Below the pieces are notes generated by a model. The model was not told the DNA's origin. It ran no database searches and saw nothing but the letters and a program-made list of their open reading frames with translations. DNA of 64,000 nucleotides from Methanothrix sp. (GTDB lineage: Archaea > Halobacteriota > Methanosarcinia > Methanotrichales > Methanotrichaceae). Each line of letters starts with the position of its first letter. Positions within the stretch are counted from its first letter, which is position 1. The translations under genes were made by a program, and so were the position numbers. The stretch lies in NCBI GenBank assembly GCA_963682135.1, contig OY821645.1:1568001-1632000 (forward strand), given 5' to 3'. Below, one piece after another: positions 39,693 to 49,152 of this stretch.

Positions 39693-40046
39693 ACGTTCTT
39701 TCCGGAGAAACTCTGACAAGTAATCTTAATTTCAGATCGTTCGTTCGGTACTTACTTTTTCTATCGTTCCTGTGTATGTTGATTATTGATGAATTAGAGG
39801 TTTGATTAAAAGAGAATAAGAATATGCGGCAAATGGCCTGGATCTTGGAAGGGTTAGGCTTCGGACGCCATATTAAGTCTTGATCCGATCAGGCTTTGAT
39901 GGCGCGGGGGGATCGTGCCCTTCTCCATTTGCGTAATTGACGGGGCGCGTTCCCTTCTCTGGGAAGATCCGGTCTGGAAATAATTTATAACCAATGAATG
40001 GCGAATACCGGGAAAGCTGTTAAGGCCGTTTGGCAGGCGAATCTTG

Positions 40047-40826
40047 ATGATGAATATTTGCAGAAAAATCTTATGCATGGGGCTGGCGAGTTTGCTTCTT
40101 GTTGGTCTGTTCGGTGTGTCGTTGGCCGAGCCCGATGGGAACCAGAAAGCGAATGAACCCCCTGAAGGGATGGGGCCTCAGGATGCAAGAATGATGCCAA
40201 CCCAAAGTGCAGGCTTTCCCATGGGCGATCCATTAGAGGTCTCCGAACCCAATAATATCCATAAGATGGATGCGACCCTTAATAGTATGGCATACCAGGA
40301 CGCAAAGATGATGGCGTCCCAAAATGCGGGCTTTCCCATGGGCGTTCCTGTGGAGGTTCTGCTCAGTGGTCATGGTTTTGCTCTTGTGGGCAATGAATCT
40401 CATATCCTCCGGCTGAAGGTTGAGTCTATCATGCCATTGGAGCCCGATCAGATCAGAGATCTCCTGGCCTCCAACAAGAGCCTGGAGGAGATCAGGGATG
40501 ATATCCGGGCAAAAGAAGGAGAGAAGACCAATCGAGGTAGCCTGATCCTTGATCGCAGCATCTATCCGCTTATCAATATGGTCGTATCTACTTCAGACAA
40601 TAATTCGACGATCCTGAAGGCAGATCTGGCCGATTCAGGTCTACTATCTACTGCTAATGATACGGCGATCCTGGGCAGCATCTCTATGATCATCGCTCCC
40701 TCCGACGGGGGCATGATCGGAAAGGGCGAGCTTCGTATCGAGCAGGGTTTGCCTGCGGCCAGGTACTCTCTCTTAATCGACATGGAGCCATCCCGGCATG
40801 GCCAGGAAAAGATGATGAGGGGGTGA
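40047..40826 (+). CDS. Secreted hypothetical protein with a Met-rich duplicated motif
   Basis: Signal peptide; QDA(R/K)MMxxQxAGFPMG occurs twice. Confidence 0.75.
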   Translation: MMNICRKILCMGLASLLLVGLFGVSLAEPDGNQKANEPPEGMGPQDARMMPTQSAGFPMGDPLEVSEPNNIHKMDATLNSMAYQDAKMMASQNAGFPMGVPVEVLLSGHGFALVGNESHILRLKVESIMPLEPDQIRDLLASNKSLEEIRDDIRAKEGEKTNRGSLILDRSIYPLINMVVSTSDNNSTILKADLADSGLLSTANDTAILGSISMIIAPSDGGMIGKGELRIEQGLPAARYSLLIDMEPSRHGQEKMMRG

Positions 40827-40878
40827 GTTGATAGCAGCATCCTCTTTCTGTCATCTCGACCGGTGCGGTGGTGCTTTG

Positions 40879-41331
40879 ATGTCCTTCCTGAAGGCAGCGA
40901 GCCTGGTGATGGTACTGCTTCTCCTCCTTTCGCCAGCGGCCCTGAGCCAGGGTGGGCAGCTCTTTTTAAATGTCTATGTGGATGGCACTCCTGGAAAAGC
41001 GCTGGTCGTGGGCAACGTGGACGATATATCCGGCCTGACCTTCCTGAACACTCCAGGTAAAATTTACGAGGATAATGGCCAGCTTTACGCAGTCTGCGAT
41101 TCTCTTGTCGAGAAAGAGGGCGATGGATGGAAGCTGTCGTTTCCCGCTAGCGGCTACTATGATGAGTATCATGCCGTCTTCTTCGTCTCGGGTGGCTTTG
41201 CCTTCCAGGAGATCAACTGCACAAAGGGACTGGAGCTTCTCTCCAGTGCCCACAACGGCTCAATCGTGCTGGATGTGCAGGGATTTGGGCTGACCGATCC
41301 TGCGGTTTCTTTCAGCTACGCGGCTTCGTGA
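40879..41331 (+). CDS. Secreted paralogue of the 38379 extracellular domain
   Basis: LNVY.D..GKAL..G...D.SGL.FL..QLYA..D.L..K.GD.W.LSF shared with 38379. Confidence 0.8.
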   Translation: MSFLKAASLVMVLLLLLSPAALSQGGQLFLNVYVDGTPGKALVVGNVDDISGLTFLNTPGKIYEDNGQLYAVCDSLVEKEGDGWKLSFPASGYYDEYHAVFFVSGGFAFQEINCTKGLELLSSAHNGSIVLDVQGFGLTDPAVSFSYAAS

Positions 41332-41341
41332 GCTGCAAAGC

Positions 41342-41545
41342 AAGCAGAAGGGCATTGTCGTAGGTGGAGAGAATTACGACATGCCAAAGACGGTCCTCAT
41401 GCTGGTGGCAGAGTCGGGCAATGTTGCTGCGGTCGTGAAGACCATTGAGGACAATGCCCGCACAGGGAGCATAGGTGACGGCAGGATCTTTGTGGCGCCA
41501 ATTGAAGAAGCACATACCATCCGCACGGGAGAGCTAGGGTTGTGA
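41342..41545 (+). pseudogene. P-II family (NifI1-like) C-terminal remnant
   Basis: KQKGIVVGGENYDMPKTVLML..ARTGSIGDGRIFVAPIEEAHTIRTGELGL*; N-terminus missing. Confidence 0.85.
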
Positions 41546-41558
41546 CACTATACTATGC

Positions 41559-42533
41559 TCACGCCCATGTCACCGCCACATCGTCCGTTCTGTACCCTGG
41601 CCGCACCTTTGACTCCGGCAGCGGCGTCCTCGCCCCGCTCTTCAGCATAATCAGCCCAGTGTAAGCGATCATGCTGCCGTTGTCACCCATGAACTTTCGC
41701 GGCGGCAAAAAGAACCTGGCACCCCTCTCCTCACACATGATGTTGAGCATCTCGCCCAGGCGCTTGTTGGCACCGACGCCTCCCACCAGCATGGCTTCCT
41801 TCTTCTCGGCATGGGCCATAGCCCGCTCCGTGACCTCCACCAGCATGGCGAAGGCCGTCTCTTGCAGGCTGTAGCAGACATCATTCAGATCGTATTTCTT
41901 GGCAGCCTGGGTGGCAGCCGTGGACAGGCCTGAGAAAGAGAGGTCCATGCCCTTCACAGTGTAGGGCAGAGGGATGTACTGCTTGGCCTCGCGGGCCAGC
42001 TCCTCCACCTTGGGCCCGCCCGGATGAGAGAGTCCTACAGAGCGGGCGAACTTGTCGATGGCATTTCCCACGCTGATGTCCAGGGTCTCGCCGAAGATGC
42101 GGTAGCGACCCTGGCGCAAGGCCAGCACCTGGGAGTTGGCTCCGCTTACATAGATTACCGCCGGATCGCGGGCGCCGGATTGCCATTTGCCCACTTCGAT
42201 ATGGGCCACGCAGTGGTTGACGCCCAGAAGTGGTACGCCGAATCGAAGGGAGAGGGTGCGCGCCGCAGTAGCCACGGTGCGCAGGCACGGCCCCAGTCCC
42301 GGACCCTGGGAGAAGGCGATGGCATCTATCAACAAGCCCTGCTGGCGAGAGTGAGCCAGCACCTCGCCCACCACCGTGGCCATGTACTGGGCATGATGCT
42401 GAGCCGCCTCGCGTGGGTGGATGCCGCCTTTGGCCGGGGTGTAAGTGGCGCTCTTCTCGTAGATCACGCCCTGCTCGTCCACCAGGGCGGCGCTGAGGTT
42501 CCAGGCTGTCCCTTCCAGGCCGAATATTATCAT
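41559..42533 (-). CDS. kae1: t6A synthase Kae1
   Basis: GIHPREAAQHH, GPGLGPCL, NHCVAHIE and DNGSMIA motifs. Confidence 0.96.
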   Translation of the reverse strand: MIIFGLEGTAWNLSAALVDEQGVIYEKSATYTPAKGGIHPREAAQHHAQYMATVVGEVLAHSRQQGLLIDAIAFSQGPGLGPCLRTVATAARTLSLRFGVPLLGVNHCVAHIEVGKWQSGARDPAVIYVSGANSQVLALRQGRYRIFGETLDISVGNAIDKFARSVGLSHPGGPKVEELAREAKQYIPLPYTVKGMDLSFSGLSTAATQAAKKYDLNDVCYSLQETAFAMLVEVTERAMAHAEKKEAMLVGGVGANKRLGEMLNIMCEERGARFFLPPRKFMGDNGSMIAYTGLIMLKSGARTPLPESKVRPGYRTDDVAVTWA

Positions 42534-43948
42534 AAATAGCCCAGTCCTATGTCTTTTCGGTAACGTATTCCATTGAAACGAATCCGCTTGATGTTGTCAT
42601 AGGCCATGACCCTGGCCTCAGCCAGACTGCGGCCGCGCGCGACGAGGGTCAAAACCCTGCCGCCTGTGGTAAACAGCCTTCTCTTGCCCGCAGCATCCTG
42701 GCCAAAGGCAGTGCCGTTGTGATAGACCAGAACCTCTGGGTCCACCTTCTCCAGGCCGGTGATGGGCATGTTGGTGTAGTGCTCTCCCGGATAGCCCGGT
42801 CGCTCACCCCCGCCCGAGGCCAACGGCTTGATAGCCCGTCCGGAAATGGCGCAAATTCCCAGGCAGAAGTCGCGCGACCATTGCAGCGGCACACAGTCCA
42901 GCTTTCTGTCTAAAACCGCCTCGGATAACTGGTAGAAATCCGTCTCCAGACGGGGTAGAATGACCTGGGTCTCTGGATCGCCCAGACGCACATTGATCTC
43001 CAGTACGCAGGGCTCGCGCTCCTCTGAAATCATCAGTCCGAAGTAGATCACGCCAACGTATTCGTGCCCTGTGGCCTCATGAAAGCCGCGCACCGTGGGC
43101 AGGGCAATTTTGTTCATTATCTTCTGGGTCAGCTCCTCGTCCAGCCAGGGGTGAGGCGAGAAACCACCCATGCCGCCCGTATTGGGATTATTATCTAAGT
43201 TGGGGTTGTTGGAGAGCTTATTGAAGAGCCGGACAGCTACTGCTTCGTCTGTGGAAAAAGCCTGCTTGTAGTCCAGAGCCGACTGGAGCGGCACAGCCGT
43301 CCTGCCGTCGCTAAGGGCAAAGAACATCAACTCACGTCCTTCCAGCCGCTTCTCAATCTCGATTCTCTCCCCAGCCCGGCCAAAGAGCTTGGGGCTGATC
43401 ATGATGCGCTCGATTGTTGACAGGGCCTCCTCTTCTGTGCAGCAAACTACAGAGCCCTTTCCTGCGGCCAGACCGTCCGCCTTGATCACCAGGCCCTGGG
43501 CGGGATTTTCCGAGCAGAACTGATGGACGTACTCTCCGGCAGCTAGCGGGTCATCGAAATTTTTGCAGGGCGGCACGGGAACATTCAGGCTCTTAAGGAG
43601 ATCCTTGGTCCTGCACTTGCTGTTCTCCAGGATGGCAGCTTCCTTCTTGGGCCCCAGGATTCTCTGGCCTTCTTCCTGGAATATATTGACAATACCGTCG
43701 GATAGGTACCCCTCCGGACCCACAAAAGTCATATCAATATTTTCTTGCTTTGCAAAAGCCAGCATTTCGAGAATGGTCTTGGGAGGCTTGCCTTGCACTG
43801 TTGCCAGGCGGCACTTCTCGATCATCTCGCTACCAGCATTGCCGGGAGAGACGAATACCGCCTCCACGTCGCCGCTTCGGGCAAAGGCATGGGCTATGGC
43901 ATTTCCCCTGCCGCCCGCGTCCACTACGAAAACTCTTTTGCCGGACAT
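42530..43948 (-). CDS. purD: Phosphoribosylamine-glycine ligase
   Basis: PGNAG, KADGLAAGKG, PNTGGMG, R.GDPETQ and GGRVL motifs. Confidence 0.95.
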   Translation of the reverse strand: MSGKRVFVVDAGGRGNAIAHAFARSGDVEAVFVSPGNAGSEMIEKCRLATVQGKPPKTILEMLAFAKQENIDMTFVGPEGYLSDGIVNIFQEEGQRILGPKKEAAILENSKCRTKDLLKSLNVPVPPCKNFDDPLAAGEYVHQFCSENPAQGLVIKADGLAAGKGSVVCCTEEEALSTIERIMISPKLFGRAGERIEIEKRLEGRELMFFALSDGRTAVPLQSALDYKQAFSTDEAVAVRLFNKLSNNPNLDNNPNTGGMGGFSPHPWLDEELTQKIMNKIALPTVRGFHEATGHEYVGVIYFGLMISEEREPCVLEINVRLGDPETQVILPRLETDFYQLSEAVLDRKLDCVPLQWSRDFCLGICAISGRAIKPLASGGGERPGYPGEHYTNMPITGLEKVDPEVLVYHNGTAFGQDAAGKRRLFTTGGRVLTLVARGRSLAEARVMAYDNIKRIRFNGIRYRKDIGLGYL

Positions 43949-44130
43949 CAAATCCCTTATGAATAGTATAACCCTAGATAAGCATAATTGCTGCCGCAAG
44001 AATTGCTGTACAGGAAGTTGATATGGCCAGAATAGCTTTCCACCCATCGGATAGCTATATAAAACGCAAGGTTGAGCCAGATCCGTAAATATAATGATCT
44101 GCAAAAAAATGTGCAGGAGATGATAATACA

Positions 44131-45456
44131 GTGTACTCACAGGAGCAGGTGCTTAAGATCGTTCAGGAGAAAAACGTGGAGTTTCTCCGGCTACAGTTCA
44201 CGGATATATCAGGAATAGTGAAAAATGTGGCCATTCCCGCCACCCAGATAGGAAAAGCCTTGAAGAGCGGCATATCATTTGACGGCTCTTCTATTGAGGG
44301 TTTTGCCAGGATCCAGGAGTCGGATATGGTCCTGCAACCAGACCTCTCTACTTTCAGCATCCTTCCCTGGCGCACCAAGGACGGGTCCAATGAGGCCCGG
44401 TTGATATGCGATGTGTTTTTACCGAGCGGACAACCCTTTGAGGGAGATCCCCGTCGTGTCCTTCGCCAGCAACTCGAAAAAGCCCAGGAGATGGGCTTTA
44501 GCATGAATGTCGGTCCGGAGCTGGAGTTCTTCCTATTTGAAAAGCAAAATGGCGGCTCAGCTACCATCCCGCACGACTTTGGAGGCTACTTCGATCTTGG
44601 TCCCGTAGACCTGGCCGAGGATGTGCGTCGCGAGATCATCCGGGCTCTGACGCAGATGGGCTTTACCATTGAGGCTTCCCATCACGAGGTTGCCAAGGGT
44701 CAGCACGAGATCGACTTTGTCTATGACGATGCTCTGAAGAATGCCGACAAGGTAGTGACCTTCAAGTATGTCACAAAGACTATCGCCATGAGGGAGGGGC
44801 TGCGTGCCACTTTCATGCCCAAGCCAATTTATGGTGCAGCCGGCACGGGAATGCATGCCAACATCTCGCTATTTAGGGGTGGAGAGAATGCGTTCTTCGA
44901 TCCCGAGACAAAGACGGGCATAAGCGATCTGGCCCGGTTCTTCGTTGGGGGCTTGATCGAGCACGCCTGTGCCATAACCGCTATTGCTAATCCCCTTATT
45001 AACTCATATAAGCGATTAGTCTCGGGTTTTGAGGCACCAGTCTATATCACCTGGTCTGGGCCTAACCGCTCTTCCCTCATTCGCATTCCAGCCGGTCGGG
45101 GTCTATCCACGCGCCTGGAGTTCCGCTCGCCTGATCCTACCTGCAATCCTTATCTGACCTTTGCAGTAATCCTGGCGGCTGGTATGGATGGGATCAAGAG
45201 AGGTATTGATCCAGGAGATCCGGTTGATCTGAATGTCTATCATCTCAGCCCTGCCGAGCGCAAATCAATGGGCATCAAGACCCTACCTGCCAATCTCAAA
45301 GAGGCCCTGGACTATCTTGAAGCGGATAGTGTCATACGTGGGGCTTTGGGAGAGCATGTTTTCGAGAACATCATGCGCCTGGGCCTACTGGAGTGGGAGG
45401 CTTACAACACCTATGTCCATCCCTGGGAAATTGAGCGGTATATCAATGCATTTTGA
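44131..45456 (+). CDS. glnA: Glutamine synthetase type I
   Basis: FDGSSIEGF, HHEVA.GQHE, TFMPKP and NSYKRLV motifs. Confidence 0.97.
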   Translation: MYSQEQVLKIVQEKNVEFLRLQFTDISGIVKNVAIPATQIGKALKSGISFDGSSIEGFARIQESDMVLQPDLSTFSILPWRTKDGSNEARLICDVFLPSGQPFEGDPRRVLRQQLEKAQEMGFSMNVGPELEFFLFEKQNGGSATIPHDFGGYFDLGPVDLAEDVRREIIRALTQMGFTIEASHHEVAKGQHEIDFVYDDALKNADKVVTFKYVTKTIAMREGLRATFMPKPIYGAAGTGMHANISLFRGGENAFFDPETKTGISDLARFFVGGLIEHACAITAIANPLINSYKRLVSGFEAPVYITWSGPNRSSLIRIPAGRGLSTRLEFRSPDPTCNPYLTFAVILAAGMDGIKRGIDPGDPVDLNVYHLSPAERKSMGIKTLPANLKEALDYLEADSVIRGALGEHVFENIMRLGLLEWEAYNTYVHPWEIERYINAF

Positions 45457-45614
45457 GGGGCACCTGCTGCCCCTATCATCTATTTTTCCGGGACGTTTTT
45501 CTTGTTGGGTTGATCCTCGTCTCCTTTGAATTTATTGTTAAATGCATGCGCCGGGGCTCTCTGGCAAGCGGCCAATCGAAACGTATTTATATGGCATCAA
45601 CATTGGGAGAGTCC

Positions 45615-45688
45615 GGGCCGGTAGCTTAGTCAGGCAGAGCGAAAGGCTCTTAACCTTTAGGTCGGGGGTTCAAATCCCTCTCGGCCCG
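45615..45688 (+). tRNA. tRNA-Lys(CTT)
   Basis: Cloverleaf; anticodon arm AAAGG-CT-CTT-AA-CCTTT; upstream TTTATAT box. Confidence 0.96.
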
Positions 45689-45701
45689 CTTTAAAACAAC
45701 C

Positions 45702-45909
45702 GGGGCTGTGGCCTAGTCAGGTAGGGCGATGGGCTCCAGCGGTATAATTTGATGATGAGCAACGGGTCTACTGAGATCTCTCGACGGGGAGGTCGTTGAT
45801 GATCCGTTGGAGCACTGAAATGAGCTGTTATCAGCCACCGATTTCCGGCTGTATGCACTTCAGTATCGGAGATACCCGTCGATCGTGAGTTCGAATCTCA
45901 CCAGCCCCA
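45702..45909 (+). tRNA. tRNA-Trp(CCA) with a 134-nt intron (45740-45873)
   Basis: Acceptor GGGGCTG/CAGCCCC; BHB motif CTCC-AG|C and GGAG-AT|A. Confidence 0.95.
45752..45818 (+). ncRNA. Intron-encoded box C/D guide RNA (predicted Cm34 and Cm39 of tRNA-Trp)
   Basis: C box ATGATGA 45752, D' CTGA 45771, C' TTGATGA 45796, D CTGA 45815; guides are antisense to the anticodon arm. Confidence 0.9.
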
Positions 45910-45942
45910 CCTATTTATTTTTATATCTTCCATTTTGCTCGC

Positions 45943-47013
45943 TGTAGAGTCCTAAAAGCTTGGCATTTATATACTCAAGCACTTCAAGGCGGCATGGGCA
46001 AGGGCAGAAAGAACAAAGTTTTAAAGCTGACCGCTGCCAAGGTTAACTACATAATCCGAAAAAAAACCAATAACATCAGCTCTAAAATCATTGCTGAAGA
46101 TATAAAGGTTAGTATCCGCACAGTAAATCGTGTCTGGGGACACTGGATGAAGAATAAGGAGCCATTGGCACCAAAAAAGTTCGGGCGCCCAAAGAAGAGT
46201 CTTGGCGAGTCAGACGTTAATCTAATTCTTGAAATCCACAAAGAGCAAAATTCCGGCGCAAGGCTTATCGAGAAAATAATTGAACAAAGATATGGCAGAC
46301 ATATTCCGCATAACGCGATCCATCAAGTCCTTCTTGAAAAAGGTTTGGCCAATGAGGATAAACAAAAAAAGAAACGTAGGAAGCCTTGGATAAGATACGA
46401 ACGAAAGCACAGTCTCACCGCAGTTCATCTTGATTGGCACACCAGTCGATTCAATGGCAAAGAGGTCTGCGTGGTTCTTGATGACAGCTCTCGATTCATT
46501 CTTGCAGGCGGAGAATTTTCTGCTGCAACTACCGATAACAGCATAGCGCTTGTAAGAAGAGCGATTGATGATTTTGGAGAGATTCGGAAAATCAAAGAGG
46601 TGATCACAGATCATGGATCGCAATTCTTTGCCAACAAGTCTGACAAAAACGGGGAGTCAGAATGTGCTTTCGGACTATTCCTGGCGGATAACAAGATAAA
46701 ACATATCCTAGCGCGAGTCAAGCATCCTCAGACCAATGGCAAAATCGAAAAATGGTTTCATACTTACGAGAAAAGCAGGAAATTGTTTGATGATTTTGAC
46801 AAATTTTTGAATTGGTACAACTCAATAAGGTATCATGAAAGTCTTGAGGAAAAACACTATCTTCAGACGCCAGAAGATGCTTTTTGGTCTAGATTGCCAA
46901 ACGGCTGTAAGTTGAATTTATTCCTGTCTCGAATGGAGAGAGATTTTAATGCAGCTAGGTAGATTTAAAAAGAATCGCGGGGTATATAAATGCCAAAGAT
47001 TCGGGACTCTACA
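45943..47013 (+). mobile_element. Intact IS481-family element (1071 bp)
   Basis: About 32-bp imperfect TIRs TGTAGAGTCC......TTGGCATTTATATAC. 16-bp direct repeat CTTCCATTTTGCTCGC at 45927-45942 and 47014-47029. Confidence 0.95.
45994..46962 (+). CDS. IS481-family transposase
   Basis: HLDW, VLDDSSR, TDHGSQF and HPQTNGKIEKW motifs. Confidence 0.95.
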   Translation: MGKGRKNKVLKLTAAKVNYIIRKKTNNISSKIIAEDIKVSIRTVNRVWGHWMKNKEPLAPKKFGRPKKSLGESDVNLILEIHKEQNSGARLIEKIIEQRYGRHIPHNAIHQVLLEKGLANEDKQKKKRRKPWIRYERKHSLTAVHLDWHTSRFNGKEVCVVLDDSSRFILAGGEFSAATTDNSIALVRRAIDDFGEIRKIKEVITDHGSQFFANKSDKNGESECAFGLFLADNKIKHILARVKHPQTNGKIEKWFHTYEKSRKLFDDFDKFLNWYNSIRYHESLEEKHYLQTPEDAFWSRLPNGCKLNLFLSRMERDFNAAR

Positions 47014-47075
47014 CTTCCATTTTGCTCGCCACAGCGTTTAAATATCCTCTGCGCGGTCCCTTGAAGGGTGCCGAG

Positions 47076-47384
47076 ATGTATAGGGATATCCTCACCATGT
47101 GCTGGTCAATTAAAGAGGTTAATAAGAACCTCACCGACAGGAAGTCGACATCCGACTTCTCCATAAGATACCTAAAAAACGCATGCTCTGTTCTGGCAGA
47201 ACTGATGCGAAAGATGAGCAAAACCATGCCCGATGAGGCCCTCAATGTTGTCGATAAGATGGGCAAAAAGAAGAGCATTGCACTGCATGAAGTGGCAGAT
47301 ATGCTTTATGACCCTCGAAAGATAGTGGAATTAAACCTGATCGACAATATTAGCCGATGGGCAAAAGCTCGCATGACCGCCTGA
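47076..47384 (+). CDS. Hypothetical protein
   Basis: TTTAAATA box upstream; GACGCTC/GAGCGTC hairpin plus T-tract downstream. Confidence 0.65.
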   Translation: MYRDILTMCWSIKEVNKNLTDRKSTSDFSIRYLKNACSVLAELMRKMSKTMPDEALNVVDKMGKKKSIALHEVADMLYDPRKIVELNLIDNISRWAKARMTA

Positions 47385-47614
47385 CGCTCAGAACGAACAC
47401 GAAACACAGGAGCGTCTTTTTCTTTAGATATTTTTGCGCGCCTCAGAACTCATAGGGCTCATCATAGCATCAGAGCATGCTGTATCATCATCGGCGTCGC
47501 TATTCTGGCTACGTGCCCCGTCTTTCTAACAACGATATCGGCTTTATCAATTTATCCGTGGTCCTCCGGCCTTAGGACAAGTTTGATCTGGCAAGCACTC
47601 TTGAGCGCAGGAAT

Positions 47615-48469
47615 ATGGTGCGTTTAGGAGTGCACGTTTCCGTTGCAGGAGGCGTAGATCTAGCAGTATCTCGTGCTCGCGAAAAAGGCTGTGACGCATT
47701 TCAGATCTTCTCTTCCAATCCGCGTAAATGGAGAACAAATCCCATTCCCTACGAATCAGCAAAGCGATTTATTGCCCTGCAAAGGCAGTATGGCATCTTT
47801 CCGGCGGTTGACCACATGCCCTATCTTCCTAACCTTGCCTCTGCAAACGATGAGGTTTACACTAAATCGGTGCAGTCCCTCGCGAAGGAACTGGAACGAT
47901 GTCAGGTTTTAGGTATACCGTATCTTGTAACTCATATGGGAAGTCACATGGGCAGTGGTCGGAAGAGCGGGCTTGCCAGGATTGCAGGCGCATTGCAGAC
48001 CGTCTTTTCGAAGTGCGAAAGCGATACCATCCTGCTCTTGGAGAACAGCGCGGGTACAAATAACAGCATGGGTAGCACTTTTTCGGATGTTGCTGCCGTC
48101 TTAGAATCCCAGCCATCCAATCATCATCGTTTGGGTGTATGCCTGGACACTTGCCATCTTCATGCAGCTGGATATGATTTACGTACCTCTTCAGCTCTGC
48201 AGGCAACGCTGGATCAGTTCGATGATTGCATTGGGCTGGAGAGACTTAAGCTCATTCATCTCAACGATTGCCGAGGCGCCATGGGCTCTCATCTGGATCG
48301 GCATGAGCATATCGGCCTCGGGCTGATAGGTGAAGAAGGCTTTCGCGCCATTCTTTGCCATCCCATTCTTGCCGATCTGGCCATGATCCTGGAGACGCCG
48401 TTGGATGCTCGCCGGGATGATAGAGGGAATCTGGAAGTAGCGAGGCATCTCGCCTCAGGGATAAAATAG
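47615..48469 (+). CDS. nfo: Endonuclease IV
   Basis: G.HVS, H.PYL.NL, LLEN.AG, CLDTCH, HLND and DRHE motifs. Confidence 0.95.
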   Translation: MVRLGVHVSVAGGVDLAVSRAREKGCDAFQIFSSNPRKWRTNPIPYESAKRFIALQRQYGIFPAVDHMPYLPNLASANDEVYTKSVQSLAKELERCQVLGIPYLVTHMGSHMGSGRKSGLARIAGALQTVFSKCESDTILLLENSAGTNNSMGSTFSDVAAVLESQPSNHHRLGVCLDTCHLHAAGYDLRTSSALQATLDQFDDCIGLERLKLIHLNDCRGAMGSHLDRHEHIGLGLIGEEGFRAILCHPILADLAMILETPLDARRDDRGNLEVARHLASGIK

Positions 48470-48847
48470 CTTCTCGATGACCAGCATCAAAGCGTTATTG
48501 GAGATGGGCTTGACCAGGTAGCTGCCCGCCCCCAGATCGTAGCTCTTCTGGATATCTTGATCCTCATTTGATCCGGTAAGAATGACCACGGGTATCTCCC
48601 GAAGATTATCATCTTTCTTTATGCGGGTAAGAAGATCTATGCCGCTGATATCGGGTAGATTGATGTCCAGCAAGATCAGTTGGGGCAAATCTGCTTTGCT
48701 CCTATTTTGCAGAGCTGCAAGGGCTTCTTTACCGCTGGAGGCAATAATTAGACCACTATTCAGCTTATTGTGCAATAATACGCGCTTTGTTACGGCTGCA
48801 TCCTCAAGATTGTCCTCAACCAGCAGTATCCTTATTTCTAAGTCCAT
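48455..48847 (-). CDS. Stand-alone response regulator receiver
   Basis: ILLVEDN, LLDINLP, VVILT and YLVKP motifs. Confidence 0.92.
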   Translation of the reverse strand: MDLEIRILLVEDNLEDAAVTKRVLLHNKLNSGLIIASSGKEALAALQNRSKADLPQLILLDINLPDISGIDLLTRIKKDDNLREIPVVILTGSNEDQDIQKSYDLGAGSYLVKPISNNALMLVIEKLFYP

Positions 48848-49152
48848 AGATTCACCTGGGGCCATTTGCCCACTCTTCCCCGTTAACATCATTAAAGCCA
48901 TGATGTCGTTGCAACTACCCACAAAAATAGTTTTCCCACTGATCGGAGTCTCTCATTCTTATCGACACCCCTTGCGATCAACCCTGTATCTCAATCCGGT
49001 GCATGCAACCATCTTCGTTCAAATTCCATACATCTTATGAAATTATGAATATTTAACACCTGCAGTGGTACTGATTTTCAATCAGGGGCACGTCTTTGAT
49101 GGAGTATGATCCTCGTTCATTCTTATCTTTATTTTGAGTGAGATGAATCCGC

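Noticed and set aside
45615-45688. tRNA-Pyl or suppressor tRNA
   Set aside because: The anticodon is CTT with a canonical cloverleaf, and no pyl genes are present.
47435-47609. MITE bounded by GCGC(C)TCAAGA inverted repeat
   Set aside because: Short imperfect arms, single copy and no TSD.
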